A stretch of DNA of 64,000 nt, from IMG/VR virus record IMGVR_UViG_3300048839_000486, one strand, 5' to 3'. Each line of letters begins with the position of its first letter. Position 1 is the stretch's first letter. Positions 16,699 through 26,800 of the stretch are shown one piece after another. Under the pieces are notes generated by a model, which was not told where the DNA came from, did not search any database, and saw only the letters and a program-made list of their open reading frames with translations. Position numbers and translations under genes: made by a program. Source of the stretch: an uncultured virus (IMG/VR IMGVR_UViG_3300048839_000486) (taxonomy: Duplodnaviria > Heunggongvirae > Uroviricota > Caudoviricetes).

Positions 16699-17466
16699 TT
16701 GGCAAGTTCACAGGAATTGCTTCAGTTCTCAGAAAAAGACCGCTCTGTCCTTGCTGCGGTTCTCGATTCCACGTCGAGTATCAACGTGGTCATCCCGGAG
16801 GAGATCGACTCAGACAAGCTCTGGGAAACCATGGAGACCTGTTGCCGGGTTGCCGGCGCTGTCTCCAAGGCTAGCGACCGGATCAAGCCGATCATTGGCC
16901 GGCTCCTCGTCGTCCTGAAGGACCACCCGGAGGTCTACCAGGATCGCGGGTACTCCTCCTACGAGGATTTCATGTGCCGGGGCATGAACGAACTGTTCGG
17001 AATCTCCCGGACAGAGGCGTATGCCTGCCGCAAGGTCGCCGAACGCTTCCCCTCCCTCTCCGTCGATGAGTTCAACCAGATCGGGGTGCGCAAGCTCTAC
17101 GTTCTCGCCGCCGCAACCAGGGAGGGCGACAAGAACGCCAAGGAGCTTGTCGAAAAGGCCAAAGACCCGGAGGTAAACCGCTCCGACTTGATCGAGTACG
17201 CAGCCACACTGCAACACATGGCCGCCGGCGAGTTCGAGATCACCAAAGTCACCATCACCGTCACAAAAGAGACGGCGCAGATGTGGAAGGACTTCATCGC
17301 CAGCAAGGAGGTCCAGGCATTCGCCGGCAACGGCACGGACCCGGCGACGGATGGCGGAATCTTCCGGCGCATGCTCGAAGAATGTGCCGGGGAGTGGCTA
17401 GTGCAGGGGCGGTACATCCTCAATGCGGGCCGGCATGAAGCCGTTGTGGAGCACATCCATGAGTGA
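16699..17466 (+). CDS. Hypothetical, possibly HTH-containing DNA-binding protein
   Basis: TTG start after GGAGG. IGRLL...YQDRGYSSYEDF...FGISRTEAY pattern. Confidence 0.65.
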   Translation: MASSQELLQFSEKDRSVLAAVLDSTSSINVVIPEEIDSDKLWETMETCCRVAGAVSKASDRIKPIIGRLLVVLKDHPEVYQDRGYSSYEDFMCRGMNELFGISRTEAYACRKVAERFPSLSVDEFNQIGVRKLYVLAAATREGDKNAKELVEKAKDPEVNRSDLIEYAATLQHMAAGEFEITKVTITVTKETAQMWKDFIASKEVQAFAGNGTDPATDGGIFRRMLEECAGEWLVQGRYILNAGRHEAVVEHIHE

Positions 17467-17836
17467 TTTTCTGGTGGACGACTTTTTGCGCGGCGGCGAG
17501 GCTGCTCCTCCCAACCTGCGGCATGAATTATTCCGGCTGCGCACGCTGGAGCGCCGGTGGGCTGACGAGCAGGTCCACTTGGCCCGGACCATCGCCAGGC
17601 TCTCAGGCGAGAACGATCACCTGAAAAGACAGGTGCAGTCCCTACAGGATCACTCCAATGTGCAACTCATGGAGATCCGGCGGCTGAAGGACGAACTCTC
17701 GGACGCGTACCGCGCCCAGAAGGCGCTCCAGGATGTTGCCGCCAAGCAGTCCAGACAGCTACAACAGCACGCCCTGGAGTACGGGAATTTGCAGCCAGAA
17801 GGTATGGGCAATCGCCGGGGCCAGTGGGGCGCCTGA
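17459..17836 (+). CDS. Coiled-coil hypothetical protein
   Basis: Overlaps the upstream stop; heptad pattern. Confidence 0.6.
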   Translation: MSDFLVDDFLRGGEAAPPNLRHELFRLRTLERRWADEQVHLARTIARLSGENDHLKRQVQSLQDHSNVQLMEIRRLKDELSDAYRAQKALQDVAAKQSRQLQQHALEYGNLQPEGMGNRRGQWGA

Positions 17837-18174
17837 TGACATTCGCCAAAGCGAGCCGCATCAACGGGTGCGAGTACCGCAAGGAAGCATCCGGCGTCGG
17901 ATGGGGCGCCTACGAAGGCGGCATCCTTCGCGCATCCACCAAGGTCAAGGACGAGAAGCGGGCCGCGCACCTGTTGACCGAGGAGATTTATCGGCAGAAC
18001 CGGCTCAAGGCGCTGGCGCGAGATGGCTACCGCTGCATCCGATGCAGTAGCACCGGGCCTCTCCATATCCACCACCGGGTACATCGCGGCATGGGCGCCA
18101 GCCGGCGGGATGATCGCGTGGAGAACCTGGAAACGATTTGTCATCGCTGTCACGGAAAGGAGCATGGAGGATGA
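17836..18174 (+). CDS. HNH endonuclease
   Basis: RDGYRCIRC...LHIHH...NLETICHRCH. Confidence 0.9.
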   Translation: MTFAKASRINGCEYRKEASGVGWGAYEGGILRASTKVKDEKRAAHLLTEEIYRQNRLKALARDGYRCIRCSSTGPLHIHHRVHRGMGASRRDDRVENLETICHRCHGKEHGG

Positions 18175-18446
18175 GCGAAAATCCTTCAGGTAAGAGCCAT
18201 CAAGACAGCAGTCAAAGCAGTCAAGATGCTGAGCCGTTGAGTAATTTTTACACGGACACTTACAGAGCGAGGATTCGGGAGCTTAGAGAAGAGAAAAGGC
18301 AACTCATTGAGGCGCTACAGGAGGCACTCCTCCTCATGGAGTGGACGGATGAAGACATCAACGAGAATCACCGCAGACGCAAAAGACGCAAGGATGCGAT
18401 AGAAGCCATCTGGCGTCGGCATCACGGAAAGGAGCATGGGGGGTGA
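18171..18446 (+). CDS. Hypothetical protein flanked by 29-nt direct repeats
   Basis: ATGA overlap; ends HGKEHGG like the HNH gene. Confidence 0.55.
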   Translation: MSENPSGKSHQDSSQSSQDAEPLSNFYTDTYRARIRELREEKRQLIEALQEALLLMEWTDEDINENHRRRKRRKDAIEAIWRRHHGKEHGG

Positions 18447-18449
18447 GCG

Positions 18450-19253
18450 ATGACTTTCGGCTCTCTTTTCGCCGGGATTGGCGGCATGGATCTAGGACTC
18501 GAACGCGCCGGCATGGAGTGCCGCTGGCAGGTTGAGATTGACCCGTTTTGCCAGAAGGTTTTGACGAAGCACTGGCCCAATGTGCCGAAGTATGGAGACA
18601 TTCGTGAACTCACAGGATCAGAACTCGAACCCGTTGACCTTATCGCGGGAGGGTTCCCCTGCCAAGACGTTAGCAACGCAGGAACCGCGCATGGGGGGGG
18701 GCTGCGGGGGCTGGACGGAGAACGAAGCGGGCTTTGGCACGAGTTCTATCGGCTCGTTCGCGTCATGGAGCCCAAATGGGTCTTGGTTGAAAACGTCGGG
18801 GCCGCAACTATTCGAGGTCTCGACATTATACTGTGGGGCTTTTCCGCCTGCCGGTATGATGCAGCGTGGGCAATTATACCGGCAGGATGCTTGGGTGCTC
18901 CCCATATCCGAAAAAGAATGTTCATCGCTGCCATGCGCCAAAGGCAAGCACCCACCAGCCGGGAGGAAATGGTTCAGGACTCCAACGGCGCGGGACTGGA
19001 AGGGGATGAGCGCAGCCTCTTGGCGCAACCGAACGACTGGAGACAAAACCCCAACGCTCCCAGACCAGATTGGTGGGACGCCACACCCCGAATTTGTCGA
19101 GGAGTTGATGGGATTCCCAATCGGGTGGACCGAATTAGAAGCCTAGGCAACGCCGTCGTCCCCCAAGTAGCCGAATGGATTGGACGCCGAATTATTGCCG
19201 TAGACAGTCACTATACACATATTGGAGGCAAGCAAAGTGAAGATCAAGCATGA
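18450..19253 (+). CDS. DNA (cytosine-5) methyltransferase, large subunit
   Basis: Motifs I FAGIGG, IV GFPCQ, VI ENV, VIII PHIRKR and X LGNAVVP are present; motif IX is absent from this frame. Confidence 0.92.
   Translation: MTFGSLFAGIGGMDLGLERAGMECRWQVEIDPFCQKVLTKHWPNVPKYGDIRELTGSELEPVDLIAGGFPCQDVSNAGTAHGGGLRGLDGERSGLWHEFYRLVRVMEPKWVLVENVGAATIRGLDIILWGFSACRYDAAWAIIPAGCLGAPHIRKRMFIAAMRQRQAPTSREEMVQDSNGAGLEGDERSLLAQPNDWRQNPNAPRPDWWDATPRICRGVDGIPNRVDRIRSLGNAVVPQVAEWIGRRIIAVDSHYTHIGGKQSEDQA
18580..19146 (+). CDS. Nested +1-frame ORF: putative small subunit of the C5 methyltransferase (TRD-like segment plus motif IX)
   Basis: RTPTARDWKG...HPEFVEELMGFPIGWT. The true start is uncertain. Confidence 0.7.
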   Translation: MCRSMETFVNSQDQNSNPLTLSREGSPAKTLATQEPRMGGGCGGWTENEAGFGTSSIGSFASWSPNGSWLKTSGPQLFEVSTLYCGAFPPAGMMQRGQLYRQDAWVLPISEKECSSLPCAKGKHPPAGRKWFRTPTARDWKGMSAASWRNRTTGDKTPTLPDQIGGTPHPEFVEELMGFPIGWTELEA

Positions 19254-19590
19254 GGGCCTGCATCGGCGGAGGTTTGCCGGCAACCCGGTCGAAAAACTCT
19301 TCGCCGCCGAATGGGAGAAGCAGAACAAACTGCATCACACGCTCGCCTACCTTCTACACGGGCAGGAGCGGTTGCGTCATGGCGACCTCGATCCAAGGGA
19401 AGCCGAAATCGCCGCCACTGTCATCCAGTGGCTTGGCTCTCCGGTCGGGATGTGCTTCCTCCGGGACGTGGTTCAGCAAAGCGAGGTATTGAAGCAGAAC
19501 CTCGCAATGGAGTATCCGCAGGTGGACAGCCGGCGCAAGAGCGAGGCGAAATCCAAACTACTGAAGATCATGGCGGCACTGGAGGACTAG
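19237..19590 (+). CDS. Hypothetical phage protein
   Basis: GTG after GGAGG; AATVIQWLGSPVG motif. Confidence 0.65.
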   Translation: MKIKHEGLHRRRFAGNPVEKLFAAEWEKQNKLHHTLAYLLHGQERLRHGDLDPREAEIAATVIQWLGSPVGMCFLRDVVQQSEVLKQNLAMEYPQVDSRRKSEAKSKLLKIMAALED

Positions 19591-19595
19591 GAGGC

Positions 19596-19742
19596 ATGAC
19601 CGACCAACTGACTTTCTGCCTCTTGTTGCTCTTTATGGCGCAGTACGAAAAGGATAACGGGCGCCGATGGTGGGCGTTTCTATTCGGATTGCTCGGCGCC
19701 GTGTGTATGGCGCTCACGATGATTGAAAGGTGGGTGCAGTGA
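19596..19742 (+). CDS. Small two-TM membrane protein
   Basis: GGAGG RBS; two hydrophobic stretches. Confidence 0.5.
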   Translation: MTDQLTFCLLLLFMAQYEKDNGRRWWAFLFGLLGAVCMALTMIERWVQ

Positions 19743-19916
19743 CTGAGACCCCTATCCTCGGCAAGGACCAAGGATTCGAGAGAGGGTGGCATCATGGCCG
19801 GAATTAGTATATATACCAATTCCGCCACAGAGTTTGCTCTTAACTGGCTTCCCGTCAATCATTTACAGGGAGATCAAAGGTGAAGCGGTGAGGTATATAG
19901 ACCCACGGGAGGACCA

Positions 19917-20231
19917 ATGTACGACTTGATTGCTCACATTGAGCGCCAGCAACGGTTCAGCGAGAAGGCGTTCGGCCCCGGTGTGCGAACGAAGGCGATC
20001 CTGGATCACATTCGCAAGGAACTGCGGGAAATCGAGAGCCAGCCATTCGATCTCGAAGAGTGGATCGACGGGGTCCTGCTTCACCTCGACGGCGCCTGGC
20101 GGGCCAGGTACTCACCGGCTGAGATTGCGGCCAAGCTCCAACAGAAGCTGGCAAAGAACGAACAGCGCGAATGGCCGGACTGGAGAACGGCTGACCCGGA
20201 CAAGGCGATCGAGCACATCCGCGAGAAATGA
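19917..20231 (+). CDS. dATP/dGTP pyrophosphohydrolase-like (DUF550, MazG-like) protein
   Basis: FSEKAFGPG...DHIRKELREIE...EEWID...LDGAWR...KNEQREWPDWR. Confidence 0.75.
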   Translation: MYDLIAHIERQQRFSEKAFGPGVRTKAILDHIRKELREIESQPFDLEEWIDGVLLHLDGAWRARYSPAEIAAKLQQKLAKNEQREWPDWRTADPDKAIEHIREK

Positions 20232-20704
20232 CAGACTGCATCACCATCGTCTTCATCGGCGCCGTGCCGGCCAAGAAGAATAAATACCGCCCACGGTTCG
20301 GTGGCAGTGGGAAGCGCTTCTTCAAAGACACGAATCTCGACGCCGCATTGAAAGCGCTGGATGCGCAAATCCCCGCCAACTACCGGGGGCTCAAACTGGA
20401 GCACCCCGAGATCGAATGGTACTTCCAGGTTCCCGCCGGCAAGACCGACCGGGACAACAAAATCACCACCATCCTGGATATTCTGGTGGCCGCCGGCGTC
20501 CTCTACGATGACAACATCAGGCGCTGCAACGGTAAATGGACGGTCAACGAGGCAGAGATCGTCAAGGACCAGGAGGAGACAACGATCGTCGTCATCAAGC
20601 CGGCGCCGCCCCAACAAAAGGACAAAGCCAGGCGCATGAATGACGAAGAAGAAGTTGCCAGTAATCCGCTAATGGAATCGCAACTTCTGCTAGGATACGA
20701 GTAG
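20228..20704 (+). CDS. rusA: RusA-like Holliday junction resolvase
   Basis: VPAKKN...DRDNKITTILDILV.AGVLYDDN acidic catalytic pattern. Confidence 0.75.
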   Translation: MTDCITIVFIGAVPAKKNKYRPRFGGSGKRFFKDTNLDAALKALDAQIPANYRGLKLEHPEIEWYFQVPAGKTDRDNKITTILDILVAAGVLYDDNIRRCNGKWTVNEAEIVKDQEETTIVVIKPAPPQQKDKARRMNDEEEVASNPLMESQLLLGYE

Positions 20705-20709
20705 GAATC

Positions 20710-20785
20710 GCCGCTCTAGCTCAATAGGCAGAGCATCCGATCTGTAATCGGAGGGTTGAGGGTTCGATTCCCTCGGGCGGCTCCA
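20710..20785 (+). tRNA. tRNA-Thr(UGU) with atypical C33
   Basis: Acceptor GCCGCTC/GGGCGGC, anticodon stem TCCGA/TCGGA, loop TC-TGT-AA, T loop TTCGATT, encoded CCA; 76 nt. Confidence 0.88.
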
Positions 20786-20797
20786 GAGTTTGAACGT

Positions 20798-20874
20798 CGG
20801 GGTGTAGCGCAGTCTGGTAGCGCACCGGCCTTGGGCGCCGGGGGCCGCAGGTTCAAATCCTGCCGCCCCGACCA
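20798..20874 (+). tRNA. tRNA-Pro(UGG)
   Basis: Acceptor CGGGGTG/CGCCCCG, anticodon stem CCGGC/GCCGG, loop CT-TGG-GC, T loop TTCAAAT, A73 plus CCA; 77 nt. Confidence 0.95.
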
Positions 20875-20876
20875 AC

Positions 20877-23800
20877 TTATCTCCTGGGCTTCGGCGGCTC
20901 CGAACCACCGCCATCCCCACCGTCATCATCGACATCGCCCGTCTCTTGGTCTTCATCGAGGCCAAGCAGCCTGCGGAGTTCGACGTTGCGCATCATGAGC
21001 CGGTCGTACTCTTCCTGCTTTTCCCATGGGCGGTCCAACTCCTCTTTTGCCGACTCCAATTGCGCCTGCTTCCGCTTATACATCTCCTCGTCGGACTCGA
21101 CGTATTTCGCCATGGACTTGGTATTGACGTGGTTCTGAATGGTCTGGATTAAGCCCAGCGAGCTTTCGCTTTGGAGGTTGTGCCCTTCCATCGCCGGCAT
21201 GTAGGAGTTGGTGCCGGGAATTCGGTAGGTGATCTCGACAAATTGAGGATCGAATTTGACTTCGGGACGGCCTTCTGGCGCATCGCTTTTCACACGCGCC
21301 TGATCGTGCAGGTACTTCGCCCAAATCTCGACTCCGCGATAGACGGCGACCGGCGCCGCGTCGCGCTGGCCGGACTCATGCAGGCTCCGGACCTTGGCAA
21401 AGATGGCATCGCCGGCCTTGGTTTTGACCTCCGTGATCTTCTGCTCATCATCCTTGGCCTTGATGAACTCCGCTTCAACATCCCGGCCCTTGAGCGACTG
21501 GAGGCTGAATTCCCCGTCCGACGCCGGATGCTCTTTCTCCATCTTCTCGATAGCGGCACGGCCCGCTTCAGCTTGCGCCTTGAGGCCCTTCACCACGCCG
21601 GGCAGGGTTGCCACCTCATGCCGCAAGGTGAACCGGCTATTCTCGTACCCTCGCCTCATGGCTCCAAGTTCCATCAGGCGCAATTCGATCTCGCCCTGCT
21701 CCTGCATCTCCAGGTTGCCGGACGCCATGAGTTTGATCTGCTTGAACGAGAGAACCGTGTCATCAACGTCCTCGAATTCATCCATCGCCACACGCCCACT
21801 CAACAGATCCACGATGAATCGTGCCTTCCTCTCGATCGCATCGTACATGAACGAATCGAAGCTGCCAGAGGTGACGTAGTTGATGATCTCAACCTCATCA
21901 AACATGTTGCCCTGGCGCAGGATGCGCCCTTCGCGCTGGAGCATATCGCCAGGGCGCCACGGTGCATCCAGGTGATGCAGGGCTTTGAGCCGTTGCTGCA
22001 CGTTCATGCCGACGCCCATCTTGCCGGTGCTGCCGATCAGGACTCGGATCAACCCGGAATTCATCGCGGCTGTCAGACGCAGCTTATCGGCCCGCGTCTT
22101 GTAATCATGGATGAAGGCGATCTCGTTTTCCGGGACCCCGCGCTCGATTAAGCCTCGCTTGATCTCCTCGTACATGCTGAAGCGATCAGTGTCGCCGGCT
22201 TCGGACTCCTCCTCGCCTTCCTCGTTCAGCCAAGCCTCCTCTTCTTCCTCTGGCGATAGGTTCTCGTCCGCTTCTTCTACAACGTCCGCGCCCTTCTTGT
22301 TGCGGTTGGGCACGGACAGATCCGCGAAGACCAACTGCGTGCCCTTCTGTTCGTCCGTTTCCTCCCAAATCGAGAAAATCTTCTCGACTGCCTTTGCCGC
22401 CTTGCCGTTGGGGGGAGGGGGCAGCGACGGATCATGTAGGCGCATGTCCATGGCCGCCTTCCTGGCGTCCCCGGTGATCTTTAGGAGATTGTCCAGCCGG
22501 GGGTCGAATTTGCCGGACTTCACCACCTCCATGCGGTGAGTGATGACATCCTTGTAATCCTCGAACGGCTGGCCGCCCTCACAGACAACAACCGTGCGTG
22601 CGCCGCCCTTGAGCTTGGGCACTGGGATCTTGACCGTATCCGCCGGCGGTAGATCCATGAAGCTGCGGGTCAACCCTACCAGAGCCTGCCCATTCACGAA
22701 TTTACTGAAGCGGTTGACGATATTGAAGCCCTTGTTGTCGGCCTTCACGTCGCGCACCTTCTGAACCTTGCCGAACATCGCGGCCCAGGCGTCGAAGTGG
22801 TAAATCCCCATCTCCCGGAGCTTGTCTGGAATCAAATACCTCTGCATCGCGAACAACTCGCCCATCGTGTTCAGAATAGGCGTGCCCGTCGCCAGAACCA
22901 CATTCCTGCCGCCGCTCATTTTGCGGATGTGATCCAGCTTCATTGTGAAGTCGGCAGTGAGCCCGTTGCCGCTGTGCTGGATACCCTTCACGCCGCTCAT
23001 CTTGGTGGAGAACGCAAGATTCTTCAGCATGTGCGCTTCGTCCACGATGATGCCGTCGATGCCAAGGGTCTCCCACAGGACGCCCTTGTCCTTCTCGGTC
23101 GCCTCCAGCCGCTTCTCCATCAGCGCCTTGGTCCGGCGCCGGTGCTTCAACAGGTTCTTGAACGCAAGGCTCGCCTCACGCTTGGCCTTTGCGTCGTCAT
23201 CGTCAAGAAGTTCTTGGAGATTCTTCACGCCGTCATCCACGGCAAGTTCCGCCAACTGCGCGTCGATCTCAGCGAGTTCCGTGTCGTAGTAGTCGCGGAT
23301 CATGGCTTCGCTCGACGGAATCCGCTTGAACGTCTCATCGCTCATCAGGATCACGTCGTAGTTGCCGGTAGAGATCCTGGCAACGATCTTCTCGCGATTG
23401 CCCTCCTGCACATCCTGAGACGACACCGTGAGCACTCTGGCCTGCGGGTAGCGCTCCAGGATCTCGGCGCGGGTCTTCGCCACAAGCGAATTAGGCACCA
23501 TCATGAGCGGCTTCTTCGCCAGCCCCAGTCGGCGCCACTCCATCGCTGTCGCCACCAACACCAAAGTCTTGCCGTACCCTACCGGGTGGGCGATCAGCGT
23601 GGATGGCTCCTGCGTCGTCCTGGCGATCGCGTTAAGTTGGTGCTTGTCCGGCCAGCCGCCACGCAGCCCGGCGGTAGACATCCCCGGCAGCGTCAAATTG
23701 CTTCCGTCGAACGTCGGCTCGATCTCCGCGTTGAAGGTGTCGTTGAAAAGGCGCTGCATCCTCGCCTTGTCGTGGTAGTCATGCACCACCCAACGCGAGA

Positions 23801-26800
23801 ACTCCTCCCGGATCGCTTCCTGCTTCGCCTGCGCCTCAATGGTCGCGGTGTCGTTCTTGAACCTGTTGCCGTCCGCGTCCTTGTCATAAACGACGGGGCT
23901 TTTCTGGTTCATCGCCAACTGGATCAACTCGACAGCATCTACCCTGCTAGTGCCCCAGCGGTCCCGCGCTTTGGTTGTGGTCTTGTGGGTCGGCGCCTCA
24001 ACCGACCAGTAGCCAGCTTCCGCCGCGTGACGCACTGTGACGCCCTTCTTGCTGGTGTAGTATTCATCGCCGGCGATATGGTCGATGAACTCCTCATACA
24101 CCTCGCTCGGAATCCATGGCCCGCCCAGCGTGATCGTGATGCCCGGCCCGTCGATCGAGCGGTCAGCCGGAATTACGGCCCGTAGCGCTTCTACGTTCTC
24201 CTTGAAGGCAGAGTCGAACTTTGCCGCCTCGATCGCTTTTTTGAGCTTGTCCTTGACGCGGCCAGCGAGGTAGTGGCTCGCCAGAACATATTCGTTCTTG
24301 TCTGGGTCAAGGAACAACTCGCCCTTGAGGACGCGGACGATTTCGTCCTTGGGCATCCCCGTTGCTTTTTCGATCTTGCCCCAATGAATCCGGCCAAACA
24401 GGTTGACCGATGACTTGACGGCTTCCAGGGGGTCGCCCGACTCGATCTTGTCGGAAGTGAGCGGGATAACCCGCTCGGTGAAGATGTCGGCGAGCCTAAC
24501 CTCGACGTGCTTCTTGAATTGAGCCCGCTTCTGCCCCGGCTGCAATGGCAGGCGCTCTTTGTACTCGATGTAGTGTTCCAGCGCGAGAACGCCAGAACTA
24601 TCGGAATCCGGCTCGATGATCTTCTCGTTTGCCGAATCATTGACGTACCCGAACTCTTTCACGAAAGCGTCGTACTTCGCCTTGAGGTTCCGCTGCGCCG
24701 TCTTCACCTCGAAGTCAGTGGCCTTGCGGTCTGCTTGGACACGGTGGACATCCCGGACAGCATCGCGCACCGTGAGGTACTTCTCGATGACCTTCTTCTC
24801 GCGAGGCTTGGTGTCCACCTTGCGGAAGAGTTCACCCTTGCGAACGTACACCTCGCCATTCCGGATCACAAACCCGTCTTCGCGAGTTTCGCCGGCCTCG
24901 GGCACCTCACTGACGCCCAGGATGGCCGCTGGCGGTTCGACGACTTCCCCTGCGTTGAAGATGTCTTTGGGCAGCCGCGCCATCGCCTCGCGGAAGGCTT
25001 CTTCCGTGAACTTCCCCTGCACCGATGGGATGCCGATTCCTTCGCCCGGCTTGTGGTAGCGCCGGTCTACGTCCAGATTACCCAGGATCATCTCTGGATG
25101 CTTCTGGAAGTACTCGTTCATCCGGACGGTGCCGCCGTTGTTGGGCAGGTCAACCTCAACCGTGTTGACCCAGGGCTCGCCGCCAGGCTGTTCGCCTTCG
25201 TGCCTCTTGCGGAAAATCAGGATGTCTGTAGTGACAGAGGCTCCGGCATTCTTTGAGAACGTGTCCTGGGGTAGGCGGATGGCGCCAACGAAATCGGCCT
25301 TCTTCGCCATCTCCTCGCGGAATTTGGTGGCCTTGATCGAGTCCAAGCTCGAACTGGTCGAAATGACGCTTACGATGCCGCCCGGCTTCACCAGGTCAAT
25401 GTTTTTGCCGATGAAGTAGTTGTGCGTGTTCGCCGTCATCCAGGACTCTTTGCGATAGTCCTTGTCGGCAATGCGGATGTCCGCGAAGGGGACGTTCGTT
25501 ACCGCATAGTCGAAAAAGTTGTGCGGGTACTTCGTTTTCTCGAAGCCCTTGATGGAGACGTTAGCGTTCGGGTAGAGGAGCTTCGCGATGCCGCCGGAAG
25601 TGGGGTCCAGTTCCACCGCTGCCCGCTTCGTCCCGATCGTCATATCGAGGGGCTGGAGGCCCAGATACAGGCCCACGCCGGCGGAAGATTCCAGCCAGCG
25701 CCCGCCCTCTTTAACGCCAAGCTGGCGCATCAGTTCCCAATGGAGCTTAATGACCTCCGGGCTGGTGTAATTCGCGTTGATCGAAGAGTCCATGGCGTCC
25801 TGGTATGCCTTCTGGCCGACCAGTTCAAAGAACTCTCGCTGCTTTTTGTAAAGCTCCCCGCCGCTCCAGCCGGAATAGCCGCCGCCATGTTTCTCGAAGT
25901 CATCCCAGTATCCGGCCTTGAAGAGTTTGTTGAGCCCGCCCCAGCCGCTGTAGAGAGAGAGTATTTTCCTCTCGCCTTCAGTGAGGTCAGTGCGCCCCTC
26001 CTCTTCGAGCTTCTTGAGGAGCCTGACCGCCGCCATGTTGTTGTTGACGCGGGTGTCGAACCCGCCGGCGCCTACACCGTCTTCGTCTTGGATGACGTGA
26101 TCGGGTTGCTTTGGAGGCTTCGGCGCAGCCGTTTTCGGCTTGTCTTTGGCGACATCGCCGATTGCAGGATCAGATCCACTTCCGGGCTCTCCCCCTCTTT
26201 TTCCCCCGGCGGATACAGGAACATCCTGCTCACCAGACTCAGCGCTTCCGGCCTCTCCAGTCCGCTTGCCATCGCGTTGTGGACTGCCTGGACGTGCATT
26301 TCCGCCGCCGCCTCCATAGCCCACTCCAGTTGACCCAGCTTTTGCAGTTCCTTCACTGCCTTCGGAAGGTTCTCCTTCCAGTGGTCCTCGATCTTCCGAC
26401 CCAGAAGCGTCCGCTCCACCGGCTTCGGCTTGGGTGGGTTTTTCGGCGCTGGGGGCTCGCTGGCCCGCAGTGGTTTGCGTCTTGGGTTTTTCGGCGGCAT
26501 CGCCTTGTTCTCCTGCCTTGATTGTACTGCCAGTGGCATCGGGTTGATCCTCTTTCTTTGCCGCATCCGACGCCGGACGCTCGGATTTCTCGGTCAGCGG
26601 CTTCGGTGGTTCGGTCGCAGTGCTCGGCTTCGTTTCCGGCTGCTTCGGCTCCGCACCACCGCTCACCGGGTTCCCGAACGCTTCCAGCATCTTATTGGCG
26701 GCTGCCTCGGATTTGAAGTGAAAACCCTTGGAAGCAGGGAACCGGCTCCAGTATCCACCCAACTCCGTCGCCTTGTCCTTCAACCGGCGGTAGACATCAT

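Noticed and set aside
20710..20785. tRNA-Tyr(GUA) reading of CTGTAA
   Set aside because: The anticodon stem only pairs when TGT is centred, there is no long variable arm, and the acceptor fits Thr.
20690..20998. ORFs overlapping the tRNA genes
   Set aside because: They are translations of tRNA sequence (GFEP / RESNP signatures).
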